In this document: piece after piece, positions 1-16,850 of the stretch
How positions within the stretch are numbered: the first letter of the stretch is position 1
Layout of the letters: each line of letters starts with the position of its first letter
Assembly (NCBI RefSeq): GCF_009914755.1
Contig: NC_060931.1
DNA: 64,000 nt
Strand: one strand, 5' to 3'
DNA from: the human T2T-CHM13v2.0 reference genome, Homo sapiens
Position numbers and translations under genes: made by a program
Notes under the pieces: generated by a model
The model's database searches: none
What the model saw: only the letters and a program-made list of their open reading frames with translations
What the model was told of the DNA's origin: nothing

Positions 1-3000
1 AGGCTAGCACTCTTTCAACAACTCCTGTTGACACCAGCATACCTGTCACCACTTCTACTGAAACCAGTTCATCTCCTACAACTGCAAAAGATACCAGCAT
101 GCCAATCTCAACTCCTAGTGAAGTAAGTACTTCATTAACAAGTATACTTGTCAGCACCATGCCAGTGGCCAGTTCTGAGGCTAGCACCCTTTCAACAACT
201 CCTGTTGACACCAGGACACTTGTGACCACTTCCACTGGAACCAGTTCATCTCCTACAACTGCTGAAGGTAGCAGCATGCCAACCTCAACTCCTGGTGAAA
301 GAAGCACTCCATTAACAAATATACTTGTCAGCACCACGCTGTTGGCCAATTCTGAGGCTAGCACCCTTTCAACAACTCCTGTTGACACCAGCACACCTGT
401 CACCACTTCTGCTGAAGCCAGTTCTTCTCCTACAACTGCTGAAGGTACCAGCATGCGAATCTCAACTCCTAGTGATGGAAGTACTCCATTAACAAGTATA
501 CTTGTCAGCACCCTGCCAGTGGCCAGTTCTGAGGCTAGCACCGTTTCAACAACTGCTGTTGACACCAGCATACCTGTCACCACTTCTACTGAAGCCAGTT
601 CCTCTCCTACAACTGCTGAAGTTACCAGCATGCCAACCTCAACTCCTAGTGAAACAAGTACTCCATTAACTAGTATGCCTGTCAACCACACGCCAGTGGC
701 CAGTTCTGAGGCTGGCACCCTTTCAACAACTCCTGTTGACACCAGCACACCTGTGACCACTTCTACTAAAGCCAGTTCATCTCCTACAACTGCTGAAGGT
801 ATCGTCGTGCCAATCTCAACTGCTAGTGAAGGAAGTACTCTATTAACAAGTATACCTGTCAGCACCACGCCGGTGGCCAGTTCTGAGGCTAGCACCCTTT
901 CAACAACTCCTGTTGATACCAGCATACCTGTCACCACTTCTACTGAAGGCAGTTCTTCTCCTACAACTGCTGAAGGTACCAGCATGCCAATCTCAACTCC
1001 TAGTGAAGTAAGTACTCCATTAACAAGTATACTTGTCAGCACCGTGCCAGTGGCCGGTTCTGAGGCTAGCACCCTTTCAACAACTCCTGTTGACACCAGG
1101 ACACCTGTCACCACTTCTGCTGAAGCTAGTTCTTCTCCTACAACTGCTGAAGGTACCAGCATGCCAATCTCAACTCCTGGCGAAAGAAGAACTCCATTAA
1201 CAAGTATGTCTGTCAGCACCATGCCGGTGGCCAGTTCTGAGGCTAGCACCCTTTCAAGAACTCCTGCTGACACCAGCACACCTGTGACCACTTCTACTGA
1301 AGCCAGTTCCTCTCCTACAACTGCTGAAGGTACCGGCATACCAATCTCAACTCCTAGTGAAGGAAGTACTCCATTAACAAGTATACCTGTCAGCACCACG
1401 CCAGTGGCCATTCCTGAGGCTAGCACCCTTTCAACAACTCCTGTTGACTCCAACAGTCCTGTGGTCACTTCTACTGAAGTCAGTTCATCTCCTACACCTG
1501 CTGAAGGTACCAGCATGCCAATCTCAACTTATAGTGAAGGAAGCACTCCATTAACAGGTGTGCCTGTCAGCACCACACCGGTGACCAGTTCTGCAATCAG
1601 CACCCTTTCAACAACTCCTGTTGACACCAGCACACCTGTGACCACTTCTACTGAAGCCCATTCATCTCCTACAACTTCTGAAGGTACCAGCATGCCAACC
1701 TCAACTCCTAGTGAAGGAAGTACTCCATTAACATATATGCCTGTCAGCACCATGCTGGTAGTCAGTTCTGAGGATAGCACCCTTTCAGCAACTCCTGTTG
1801 ACACCAGCACACCTGTGACCACTTCTACTGAAGCCACTTCATCTACAACTGCTGAAGGTACCAGCATTCCAACCTCAACTCCTAGTGAAGGAATGACTCC
1901 ATTAACTAGTGTACCTGTCAGCAACACGCCGGTGGCCAGTTCTGAGGCTAGCATCCTTTCAACAACTCCTGTTGACTCCAACACTCCTTTGACCACTTCT
2001 ACTGAAGCCAGTTCATCTCCTCCCACTGCTGAAGGTACCAGCATGCCAACCTCAACTCCTAGTGAAGGAAGCACTCCATTAACAAGTATGCCTGTCAGCA
2101 CCACAACGGTGGCCAGTTCTGAAACGAGCACCCTTTCAACAACTCCTGCTGACACCAGCACACCTGTGACCACTTATTCTCAAGCCAGTTCATCTCCTCC
2201 AATTGCTGACGGTACTAGCATGCCAACCTCAACTTATAGTGAAGGAAGCACTCCACTAACAAATATGTCTTTCAGCACCACGCCAGTGGTCAGTTCTGAG
2301 GCTAGCACCCTTTCCACAACTCCTGTTGACACCAGCACACCTGTCACCACTTCTACTGAAGCCAGTTTATCTCCTACAACTGCTGAAGGTACCAGCATAC
2401 CAACCTCAAGTCCTAGTGAAGGAACCACTCCATTAGCAAGTATGCCTGTCAGCACCACGCCGGTGGTCAGTTCTGAGGTTAACACCCTTTCAACAACTCC
2501 TGTGGACTCCAACACTCTGGTGACCACTTCTACTGAAGCCAGTTCATCTCCTACAATCGCTGAAGGTACCAGCTTGCCAACCTCAACTACTAGTGAAGGA
2601 AGCACTCCATTATCAATTATGCCTCTCAGTACCACGCCGGTGGCCAGTTCTGAGGCTAGCACCCTTTCAACAACTCCTGTTGACACCAGCACACCTGTGA
2701 CCACTTCTTCTCCAACCAATTCATCTCCTACAACTGCTGAAGTTACCAGCATGCCAACATCAACTGCTGGTGAAGGAAGCACTCCATTAACAAATATGCC
2801 TGTCAGCACCACACCGGTGGCCAGTTCTGAGGCTAGCACCCTTTCAACAACTCCTGTTGACTCCAACACTTTTGTTACCAGTTCTAGTCAAGCCAGTTCA
2901 TCTCCAGCAACTCTTCAGGTCACCACTATGCGTATGTCTACTCCAAGTGAAGGAAGCTCTTCATTAACAACTATGCTCCTCAGCAGCACATATGTGACCA

Positions 3001-3900
3001 GTTCTGAGGCTAGCACACCTTCCACTCCTTCTGTTGACAGAAGCACACCTGTGACCACTTCTACTCAGAGCAATTCTACTCCTACACCTCCTGAAGTTAT
3101 CACCCTGCCAATGTCAACTCCTAGTGAAGTAAGCACTCCATTAACCATTATGCCTGTCAGCACCACATCGGTGACCATTTCTGAGGCTGGCACAGCTTCA
3201 ACACTTCCTGTTGACACCAGCACACCTGTGATCACTTCTACCCAAGTCAGTTCATCTCCTGTGACTCCTGAAGGTACCACCATGCCAATCTGGACGCCTA
3301 GTGAAGGAAGCACTCCATTAACAACTATGCCTGTCAGCACCACACGTGTGACCAGCTCTGAGGGTAGCACCCTTTCAACACCTTCTGTTGTCACCAGCAC
3401 ACCTGTGACCACTTCTACTGAAGCCATTTCATCTTCTGCAACTCTTGACAGCACCACCATGTCTGTGTCAATGCCCATGGAAATAAGCACCCTTGGGACC
3501 ACTATTCTTGTCAGTACCACACCTGTTACGAGGTTTCCTGAGAGTAGCACCCCTTCCATACCATCTGTTTACACCAGCATGTCTATGACCACTGCCTCTG
3601 AAGGCAGTTCATCTCCTACAACTCTTGAAGGCACCACCACCATGCCTATGTCAACTACGAGTGAAAGAAGCACTTTATTGACAACTGTCCTCATCAGCCC
3701 TATATCTGTGATGAGTCCTTCTGAGGCCAGCACACTTTCAACACCTCCTGGTGATACCAGCACACCTTTGCTCACCTCTACCAAAGCCGGTTCATTCTCC
3801 ATACCTGCTGAAGTCACTACCATACGTATTTCAATTACCAGTGAAAGAAGCACTCCATTAACAACTCTCCTTGTCAGCACCACACTTCCAACTAGCTTTC
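1..3900 (+). repeat. 177-bp (59-aa) mucin coding tandem repeat, progressively degenerate after ~2870
   Basis: AGGCTAGCAC..TTTCAACAACTCCTGTTGACACC recurs at 1, 178, 355... (period 177); peptide unit ~ASTLSTTPVDTSTPVTTSTEASSSPTTAEGTSMPTSTPSEGSTPLTSMPVSTTPVASSE. Confidence 0.95.
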
Positions 3901-4635
3901 CTGGGGCCAGCATAGCTTCGACACCTCCTCTTGACACAAGCACAACTTTTACCCCTTCTACTGACACTGCCTCAACTCCCACAATTCCTGTAGCCACCAC
4001 CATATCTGTATCAGTGATCACAGAAGGAAGCACACCTGGGACAACCATTTTTATTCCCAGCACTCCTGTCACCAGTTCTACTGCTGATGTCTTTCCTGCA
4101 ACAACTGGTGCTGTATCTACCCCTGTGATAACTTCCACTGAACTAAACACACCATCAACCTCCAGTAGTAGTACCACCACATCTTTTTCAACTACTAAGG
4201 AATTTACAACACCCGCAATGACTACTGCAGCTCCCCTCACATATGTGACCATGTCTACTGCCCCCAGCACACCCAGAACAACCAGCAGAGGCTGCACTAC
4301 TTCTGCATCAACGCTTTCTGCAACCAGTACACCTCACACCTCTACTTCTGTCACCACCCGTCCTGTGACCCCTTCATCAGAATCCAGCAGGCCGTCAACA
4401 ATTACTTCTCACACCATCCCACCTACATTTCCTCCTGCTCACTCCAGTACACCTCCAACAACCTCTGCCTCCTCCACGACTGTGAACCCTGAGGCTGTCA
4501 CCACCATGACCACCAGGACAAAACCCAGCACACGGACCACTTCCTTCCCCACGGTGACCACCACCGCTGTCCCCACGAATACTACAATTAAGAGCAACCC
4601 CACCTCAACTCCTACTGTGCCAAGAACCACAACAT
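1..4635 (+). CDS. MUC17: MUC17 large mucin (PTS tandem-repeat) exon, 5'-truncated by the window; ends at a phase-1 donor
   Basis: Open frame from base 3 (ASTLSTTPVDTS...) through the 1514-aa Ser/Thr/Pro-rich ORF. Donor ACAACAT|gtaagt at 4635/4636; the ORF-track stop at 4641-4643 is intronic. Confidence 0.96.
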
Positions 4636-4663
4636 GTAAGTGATTTCTTGAATTTTCCTTTTT

Positions 4664-5184
4664 TTTAAAATTATACTGTAAGTTCTAGGGTACATGTGCA
4701 CAACGTGCAGGTTTGTTACCTATGTATACGTGTGCCATGTTGGTTTGCTGCACCCATTAACTCATCATTTACATTAGGTATTTCTCGTAATGCTATCCCT
4801 CCCCCATCCCCCTACCCCATGGCAGGCCCCGGTGTGTGATGTTCCCTGCCCTGTGTCCAAGTGTTCTCATTGTTCAGTTCCCACCTATGAGTGAGAACAT
4901 TTGGTGTTTGGTTTTCTGTCCTTGTGATAGTTTGCTCAGAATGATGGTTTCCAGCTTCATCCATGTCCCTACAAAGGATGTGAACTCGTCCTTTTTTAAT
5001 GGCTGCATAGTATTCCATGGAGTGAACAGGCAACCTACAGAATGGGAGGAAATTTTTGCAATCTACCCATCTGACAAAGAGCTAATATCCAGAATCTACA
5101 AAGAACTTAAACACATTTACGAGAAAAAAATCAAACAACCCCATCAAAAAGTGGGCAAAGGATAAGAACAGACACTTTTCAAAA
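4664..5184 (-). mobile_element. 5'-truncated, 5'-inverted L1PA insertion with 14-bp TSD
   Basis: L1 3' end on minus strand (4664-5020) joined to a sense ORF2 fragment (5021-5184); GAATTTTCCTTTTT at 4650-4663 and 5185-5198. Confidence 0.88.
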
Positions 5185-6171
5185 GAATTTTCCTTTTTGA
5201 AACTGACCTTTCTTTTCAATCTCCACTCACTACTTTTTGTGGTTTTCTTCTTAAACATTTACTCCTAAACTCCTTTTGCTCTGACTTACTTGTTTTCCCT
5301 TTGATAAAACCTGCATCAAGGTTTTCTGTCTCAGCACTCTCTCACTTCTCTGCTCTCACTGTTTCTTGCACAAGTTCCCCTTTTTTGAACAAAGCATTAC
5401 CTCTCTTTGCCTGGGCACCTCAGTCTCCAGTATTCTGTCCAGAAGTCCTGTTTTCTCTCTTTTGTATTCTGCAGGTCTCTATTCCATTGCACTTTGTATG
5501 CCATGATGTTATTAACTCTGAGTGGTTTGTTTTCTTTTAAACTTTTTAGTTTACTTTGTAAACTTTCTAGTGGATTTTCTCATTGATTTTGTTCATACTA
5601 AAGTACGAACTTTTTTTTTGCAGAAGGTTTTTGCCTATTCATTCATGTGTACCTTTGTCAAGTATCTCTGCCACCATTCACTTTTATTTTGATTCATCTT
5701 ATCCTCTGAGCACCCACTATAGAAGCAAAAGAAGATTCCTTCACTTCTGTCAGCTCTGAATTCTACCTCCAATGCCTATGAGTGTTTTGCTGTCCTTATG
5801 TATCCCCTTCCTTTCTCTGACTCAAGAACTTTCACTCAGCCTTCTTCTCTCTTGTTAGGGTGAGCGTTGCACCATTCAATACCTGCTATTATAATATCCT
5901 GTATATTTTATTATATGAATCATGTAATATACTAATAGACCTGTGAGTATGACTCCCAGATTAAGAATATTTTGCATACATTTTTAAAAGTATGCTAATT
6001 AAAATACTTGAAAACACTGATTTATTTAGATGAATAGGCTCACAGGTATATGATCTGTGTCTGCCCACAGAACTGCCCAATCCCATCTTGAATTGATGAT
6101 GATGAAGGGTGGTTCTTCAGCTTTTGACTACTACATTTTCTCTGGACTTTGTGATTTTTTTCCTTTGCTGA

Positions 6172-6510
<339 letters not shown>

Positions 6511-7309
6511 ATTTTCTATCATATGGCTTTTTTCTCTGGATTGTCTCCAATATATCTTTGTCTTCTTGAGCTCTCTGATTCTCAGATGAGTGGTCTGAGA
6601 ATTTTCAGGTGGGAGACCTGGACCTTGTATTTCCAGGAAGCCTCGTAGGTGTCTCACGACAAAGGCCAGGTGGCTGCAATGCCACTGGACCCACCATCTG
6701 GTGTCGGTCACATCTTTGAAGCAGATTGTCCTCCTTCTGTCTTCCTCTTCTTCCCCAGAGATTGGCCTTCCCTTAGACTGTTGAGCAATGGGTGAACGCG
6801 CCCCAGCATCTGCTTCTGTTGTTTCTGACTAGCCTGTGTTTTGGCACTTAGCTCAGGTCTGGACGTCTTCAGTAGTGAAAGCGGGAGAGAGATAGAGGGA
6901 GGAGACTGATTTAGGATGTATGGGTTTCCAGTGTGCCCAGGACTCTTGACTTCTCTCTTCTATTCTTTCCAAATGTCTTGGAGCAAAAGCCCATAAATAG
7001 AGGCTGCATGCTGTGATTTTCACAAGTGTGGATCCTGCTCTCTGAGTCTGTTTAGGGTAAACCGGAAGGCAGAGGTGAGGCAGGTCTTTGCAGAGTCTAT
7101 ACATACCTCGTGCACTTCCCCAGACAAAATACACCTTGAATACTGATCTGCCCAGGCACAGCGAGTTTCAAGAAAAGCCAAAGAAAACAGAGCTTTAGAT
7201 TTTCCAGGTTGATTGGCACAGATATTCTAGAGTTGGCTATCACTACTTCCTACCTATTTAAACTAAGAGGAGTTTATTTGTTGAATTGCAATTTAAAAAG
7301 GAGTTGTTA

Positions 7310-7949
<640 letters not shown>

Positions 7950-8214
7950 CTAAACTCCTCCCTCAAACTCCACATCCCAGTAAATTAAAAAAGAATCAGA
8001 ATGAGTCATAACAGTAACGATTGCCAGTATGGGCTTTTCCAAAGCGGGTGTTGAGGAACAACGACCATCTAATTCTCAACCTGGGTGGAATCTAGACTGT
8101 TCAAGTTCACCCGGGTTCTCCCTTCCTCAGCCCTGACTGTGTCGCTCACCTCTCACAATACCAGGTTTCTCTTTCTTCACGTTTTTGGGGTAAAGTCAAG
8201 CATGCTGGACTAGG

Positions 8215-8931
<717 letters not shown>

Positions 8932-9127
8932 GTGAGTGCAACCCCAGGCCTTCCCCCACCCCATGCCCTGGGACCCGACCTCCATACAAGCAACAGTTCC
9001 TGCCCCACCTTGATGTGAGGCCAGGAATAGGGCCTCTTCTGGGCTGTGGTGTTTTTTGTTTTGTTTTGTTTTGTTTTGTTTCCACCCAGTGCTATGAATG
9101 CTAAAGCATTACAAAATGAATAAAATA

Positions 9128-9520
9128 GGCCAGGCACGGTGGCTCTCGCCTGTAATTCCAGTACTTTGGGAGCCTGAGGCAGGATCACTTGAGGCCAGGA
9201 GCTCGAGACCAGCCTGGGCAACATACTGAGATCTAATTTATTTATTTAAAAAAAAAAAAAACTTGACTGGGTGTGGTGGTGCATACTTGTAGTCTTAGCT
9301 GCTTGGGAGGCTGATGTGGGAGGATTGCTTGAGCCCAGGAGGTCAAGACTGCACTGAGCTATGATCTCACCACTGCACTCCAGCCTGAGCAACAGAACAA
9401 TACCCTGTCAAAAAAAAGAAAGAAGGAAGGAAGGAAGGAAAAAAGAAAGAAAGAAAGAGGGAAAGAGATAAAGAAAGAAAAGAAAATGAATAAAAAGGAA
9501 AGAAAAGGAAATAAAACAAG
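9128..9520 (+). mobile_element. Alu (AluJ-like) with GA-rich tail
   Basis: Alu dimer plus (GGAA/GAAA)n. Confidence 0.85.
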
Positions 9521-9660
9521 AAGGTGTATTTTGGATACAAATTTGGCACAAAATTTTACCATAAAATACAATGGAGCTCACTCCCTCCACCCAGGCTGGG
9601 GGCAGATCTTCTGAGTAGGAAACTCAGAGATGCTTTGCTCAGTAAGTCTACCCGCCTCAG

Positions 9661-9788
9661 GGCCACCGGAGACTATCTCTGCCCAAATGGAACTGACTGT
9701 GACAGTGACCAGTGTGAAGTTCACCGAAGAGCTAAAAAACCACTCTTCCCAGGAATTCCAGGAGTTCAAACAGACATTCACGGAACAG
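9661..9788 (+). CDS. MUC17: MUC17 exon, SEA domain N-part (PPETISAQMELTVTV...FTEQ)
   Basis: cctcag|GG...CAG|gtaagt, phases consistent. Confidence 0.95.
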
Positions 9789-10139
9789 GTAAGTCTGGGA
9801 GAGCAAGGCCCCATAGCTACTCAGTTCCCCCCAGAGCAGAGTCTGTAGGGTAAGAAGGTAGCTGGGGGCTGTTCCCTTGTTAGATGTGCGGGAGTTCTCT
9901 CAGGCCCCCACGTCCTCAGGGCTTGCCAGTGCAGGAGGGAAGAGATGAGGCCAGGTTTTACCTGGGGGCTGCAGGAGGCCCCTGGGGTGGAGCAGGTCTC
10001 TGGAAAGAAACCACTCCATTTGATGAGTGTGCTATGATGCTGCGGGACAGGATCATCCCCTGGTCCTGTGACCTCCTGATGTCCCACAGAACGGCCCCGT
10101 GGTCCCTCTGGGATGACACAGTGGCCCCTTGCCTTTCAG

Positions 10140-10198
10140 ATGAATATTGTGTATTCCGGGATCCCTGAGTATGTCGGGGTGAACATCACAAAGCTACG
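10140..10198 (+). CDS. MUC17: MUC17 exon, SEA domain (MNIVYSGIPEYVGVNITKLR)
   Basis: tttcag|ATG...CG|gtaagt. Confidence 0.95.
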
Positions 10199-10282
10199 GT
10201 AAGTGTCTGGGCCCTTGGGAAGAGGGTCTGTGGCGTGGAAGCAGTGGTCATAGTTATAAAGGCAATTAGAACTGTGCCCCCT

Positions 10283-10660
10283 GCATTACTGTGCCCAGGC
10301 AGCTATTGCAGAATACCACCGATGGGGCGGCTTAAACAACAGAAATCTATTTCTCCCAGTTCTAGGGGCTGGAGGTCTAAGATGAAGGTGTGGGTGGGTG
10401 TGGTTTCTCTGGAGGCCTCTCTCCTTGGCTTGTGGGTGGCTGCCTTCTTGCTGTGTCTTTGCATGGTCTTTCCTCTGTGCACATCTCCCTGCTGTCTCTG
10501 CATATCCAAATTTCCCCTTCTTATAAGGACACCAGTCAGACTGGATGAGGGCCTACACTAATGACCTCATTTTAATTTACTCACCTCTTTAAAGACCCTA
10601 TCTCCAAATATAGTCACATTCTGAGGTTCTGGAGGTTAGGGCTTCAATATATAAATGTAG
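10283..10660 (-). mobile_element. MLT1-type MaLR LTR, followed by an Alu (+, ~10667-10960)
   Basis: GGCTTAAACAACAGAAATCTATTTCTCCCAGTTCTAGGGGCTGGAGGTCTAAGATGAAGGTG resembles antisense MLT1. Confidence 0.75.
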
Positions 10661-11299
10661 GAGGCACCAGGTGCAGTAGCTCACACCTGTAATCCCAGCA
10701 CTTTGGGAGGCCGAGGTGGAAGGATTATTTGAGGCCGGGAGCACAAGACCAGCCTGAGCAACATAGCAAGACCTTGTCTCTACAAAAAATACAAAAATTA
10801 GCAGGGTATGGTGGTATACACCTGTAGACCTAGCTACTCAGGAATCCGAGGCAGGAGGATCACGTGAGCCCAGGAGTCAGAGGCTAGAGTAAGCCAGGAT
10901 CGCACCATTGCTCTCCAGCCTGGGCAGCAGTGAGACTCTGTCTCTAAAACAAAAAACCCAAAAACCTCAAGGATGGCCTCTTCTGTGGTTCCCATTCCTC
11001 CATCCATCTTCATCGCTGAGGCTTCCCTAAGACCTACCAGAGACTCCCTTTGTGGAAAGTTCTCTTAGGCACAGGCTGCTGGGAGAACTCCTATAGCAGG
11101 GGGCCCAGCGCAGTGTGTAGGACAGAGCCATCACCCCAAACTGTCCTGCCCCAAATGCCTAGGACAGAGTCATCACCCCAACTGTCCTGCCCCCAGCTCT
11201 GCCTTCCCTTGGGATCAGAGAGGGTGAAGCTTGCCTGGTACAGATTCTAGAGGTAAGCACCCTATTCTGACCCCAGGACGTCTTCCCTTCCCTCTTCAG

Positions 11300-11451
11300 T
11301 CTTGGCAGTGTGGTGGTGGAGCATGACGTCCTCCTAAGAACCAAGTACACACCAGAATACAAGACAGTATTGGACAATGCCACCGAAGTAGTGAAAGAGA
11401 AAATCACAAAAGTGACCACACAGCAAATAATGATTAATGATATTTGCTCAG
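11300..11451 (+). CDS. MUC17: MUC17 exon with SEA autoproteolysis motif G/SVVV
   Basis: ttcag|T CTT GGC AGT GTG GTG GTG...TCA G|gtgaac; 152 nt. Confidence 0.95.
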
Positions 11452-11859
11452 GTGAACTCTGGGCTTCCAGGGAGGGAAGGGAGAAGGCATCAGAGCTGGG
11501 GCATGACTTTCTTAATAGACAGGAGGGCGGGAGTGAGGATGGTTAATGGGTGGGTGCAAGAATCACTGTGGGGTCCTAGAGTCCCTGGGGTTGCAGCGCA
11601 AAGAAGCCCCAGGATTGGGCCGAGAGAGTCTTTAACCTTCATCATCCTCTGGCCCATTTTTTTCCCTGGGGTAAGGGAAGGGACAAAGGCAAATGGAGAG
11701 AGTAGGAGAACATGGAGATCCAGGAATTCGTCCCGGAACCTGCAAGGCCAGACATACAAGCAGACCAGATCTTGCAGGGTGCCAGGACTAACGGCTATAG
11801 GACAGGGGAGTCTGCTGGAAATGAGGACCCATGGGCCTCGTTACACAGGGGTTCATCTA

Positions 11860-12254
<395 letters not shown>

Positions 12255-12428
12255 TCAGGACACTTGGAGGGTCACTGGACGCGAGGCTGATGCTGCCCCT
12301 CTGCCGGGGCCGGATTCCCACCTCCCCATCGCAGCCCACCCCCTTCTCACACACACACGTCTCAGCTCCCTGAGGACGCAGAACAAGCGTGTATGTGTCG
12401 TGAGGGGTTTTATGTGTCTCTTTCACAG

Positions 12429-12497
12429 ACATGATGTGTTTCAACACCACTGGCACCCAAGTGCAAAACATTACGGTGACCCAGTACGACCCTGAAG
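12429..12497 (+). CDS. MUC17: MUC17 exon ([23 protein letters not shown])
   Basis: tttcacag|AC...GAAG|gtaggt. Confidence 0.94.
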
Positions 12498-12618
12498 GTA
12501 GGTGATAACACAAGGGGTTTGGGGGAAGGCTGGAGAGGTGGGGAGCCCAGGAGGAGTGGGACAGTGTCCCCCCAGCCCTCTGATCACGGCTGTTCCCTGT
12601 CCCTGCACCCCCCACCAG

Positions 12619-12778
12619 AGGACTGCCGGAAGATGGCCAAGGAATATGGAGACTACTTCGTAGTGGAGTACCGGGACCAGAAGCCATACTGCATCAGCCC
12701 CTGTGAGCCTGGCTTCAGTGTCTCCAAGAACTGTAACCTCGGCAAGTGCCAGATGTCTCTAAGTGGACCTCAGTGCCT
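12619..12778 (+). CDS. MUC17: MUC17 exon, Cys-rich / second EGF-like region
   Basis: caccag|AG GAC TGC...TGC CT|gtgagt; [13 protein letters not shown]...[17 protein letters not shown]. Confidence 0.95.
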
Positions 12779-13801
12779 GTGAGTGCTCCCCCATCTCCTC
12801 CAGCCCAGCCCAGACGTCCTGGTCCTCCCCTCCCCTGCAGGGCTTCACCCCAGGCATTGCCTGGAGACCAAGGTCATGGGACTAGGTCCCAGCGTCTCCT
12901 GAATGTGTCCAGCTGCAGAGGAATTGGGTTGGGGATAAGGGAAAAACATGAGTAGTTGAGCTCCAAGGCTGTGTCCAGAACAGCCTAACCATGTCCTCTC
13001 TGTGCTAAGGAGGGCTGAGGAAGGTGACAACCTCCTGGGAAGGTTGTCCGACTGAGGGAACAGAGACAGAGCCTTGCTCTCTCTCCAGAGAGAGAACAAG
13101 ATCCTCTGCTGGTGAAATAGAAACAGAAGGTTACACACCCATATGGGGAGTGGGGAGAAGCCCTCTAGCCCAGTCACAGAGGTAAGAAAGCGAAGAAAAA
13201 CATTGTCACTTTAAACAGAACCAAAGAGAGAGAACAGCTGGAGCATCAGGTGCGGGAAGAAGCCACATGTGGGCAAAGACCTGAGTAGTTAATTTGGGAA
13301 GGCTTCCTGGAAGAGGGGGTCACAAGCTGGAAAGGGGAAGAAAGGAACAGGGCTTAGAGAGGGCATCTCAAGGCAGCAGGGAAGAAGAGCTTCAGGGGTG
13401 TAGTGGGAGCTCTGGATCAGGGCTGCAGCCTGGCTTTCTTGACAGAGAGGAAGGCTGGAAGTGAGGAGGTTAATGGGTGGATGCAAGATCACTGTGGGGT
13501 CCTGGAGTCCCTGGGGGTGCAGCCCAGGGAAGACCCAGGGTTGGGCCAACCGTCCTAGGTCCTGGGTTGCAACTGGAGGCAAAATCTAAAAGCTTGGAGT
13601 GGGAATTGGGCTCATTTGAGGACCACCTCCAGGGATGCTGGTCTTCATCTCTGTTCATCCCCTCGGGGTGCCTTGCTTTATGCCCCCTGGCAATCTCTTC
13701 TTGCCTCCTCTTCATTAAACACCCACTGGGCAGGGCCCAGGTCTGAAGCTGGTGCTGACTCCGTTCTCTCTCCCCAACCTGCCGCTTCTCTCCCATCTCA
13801 G

Positions 13802-13963
13802 CTGCGTGACCACGGAAACTCACTGGTACAGTGGGGAGACCTGTAACCAGGGCACCCAGAAGAGTCTGGTGTACGGCCTCGTGGGGGCAGGGGTCGTGCT
13901 GATGCTGATCATCCTGGTAGCTCTCCTGATGCTCGTTTTCCGCTCCAAGAGAGAGGTGAAACG
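13802..13963 (+). CDS. MUC17: MUC17 exon, end of EGF plus transmembrane helix
   Basis: tctcag|C TGC...CG|gtgagc; LVYGLVGAGVVLMLIILVALLMLVF followed by RSKR stop-transfer. Confidence 0.96.
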
Positions 13964-14154
13964 GTGAGCGAGCCCCTACCACCTCCTCTTCCAACTCCCT
14001 CCAGCTCCTCCTCTTCCTCTGAACCCTCTGTCTCTAATCACTTCATAGTCTAGGTGGGCAGCGGGGGCAGCTAAAAATGGGGATACAGCTTGTCCCTGGT
14101 CCTTATTCCTGTTCCCCAATCCTAATGGGGTCTCTCTGATGTTTCCATCACTAG

Positions 14155-14252
14155 GCAAAAGTACAGATTGTCTCAGTTATACAAGTGGCAAGAAGAGGAC
14201 AGTGGACCAGCTCCTGGGACCTTCCAAAACATTGGCTTTGACATCTGCCAAG
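14155..14252 (+). CDS. MUC17: MUC17 exon, cytoplasmic tail (QKYRLSQLYKWQEEDSGPAPGTFQNIGFDICQ)
   Basis: cactag|G...CAAG|gtattg. Confidence 0.93.
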
Positions 14253-14300
14253 GTATTGGCCTTCCTCTCTGAACTCAGAATGGCTCAAAATGTGGAAACA

Positions 14301-14998
<698 letters not shown>

Positions 14999-15179
14999 CT
15001 AAAACCTTATTTCCATTACTGACTCCTGTGAGACCCTGGATGGGGCATAGTGAACTGAACCACTGGGGAGACACAGGTTCCTTGAGGGTGGTAGATTTCT
15101 CTAGTGCACAGATTAGTGCTCGGGAGTGGGTGAGCTCATTAGCAGGGGAGTTGTACCTCAGTAAAGAGACTAACATTAG

Positions 15180-16850
<1,671 letters not shown>

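Noticed and set aside
1-2900. Regular repeat array as a possible CRISPR-like locus
   Set aside because: Contiguous 177-bp coding units with no unique spacers, in a eukaryotic gene
1529-4630. Long Val/Gly/Leu-rich minus-strand ORFs
   Set aside because: Antisense shadows of the mucin repeat codons; no independent gene signals
4812-5165. ORFs resembling the L1 ORF2 C-terminus
   Set aside because: Short fragments of a truncated, inverted L1; not autonomous
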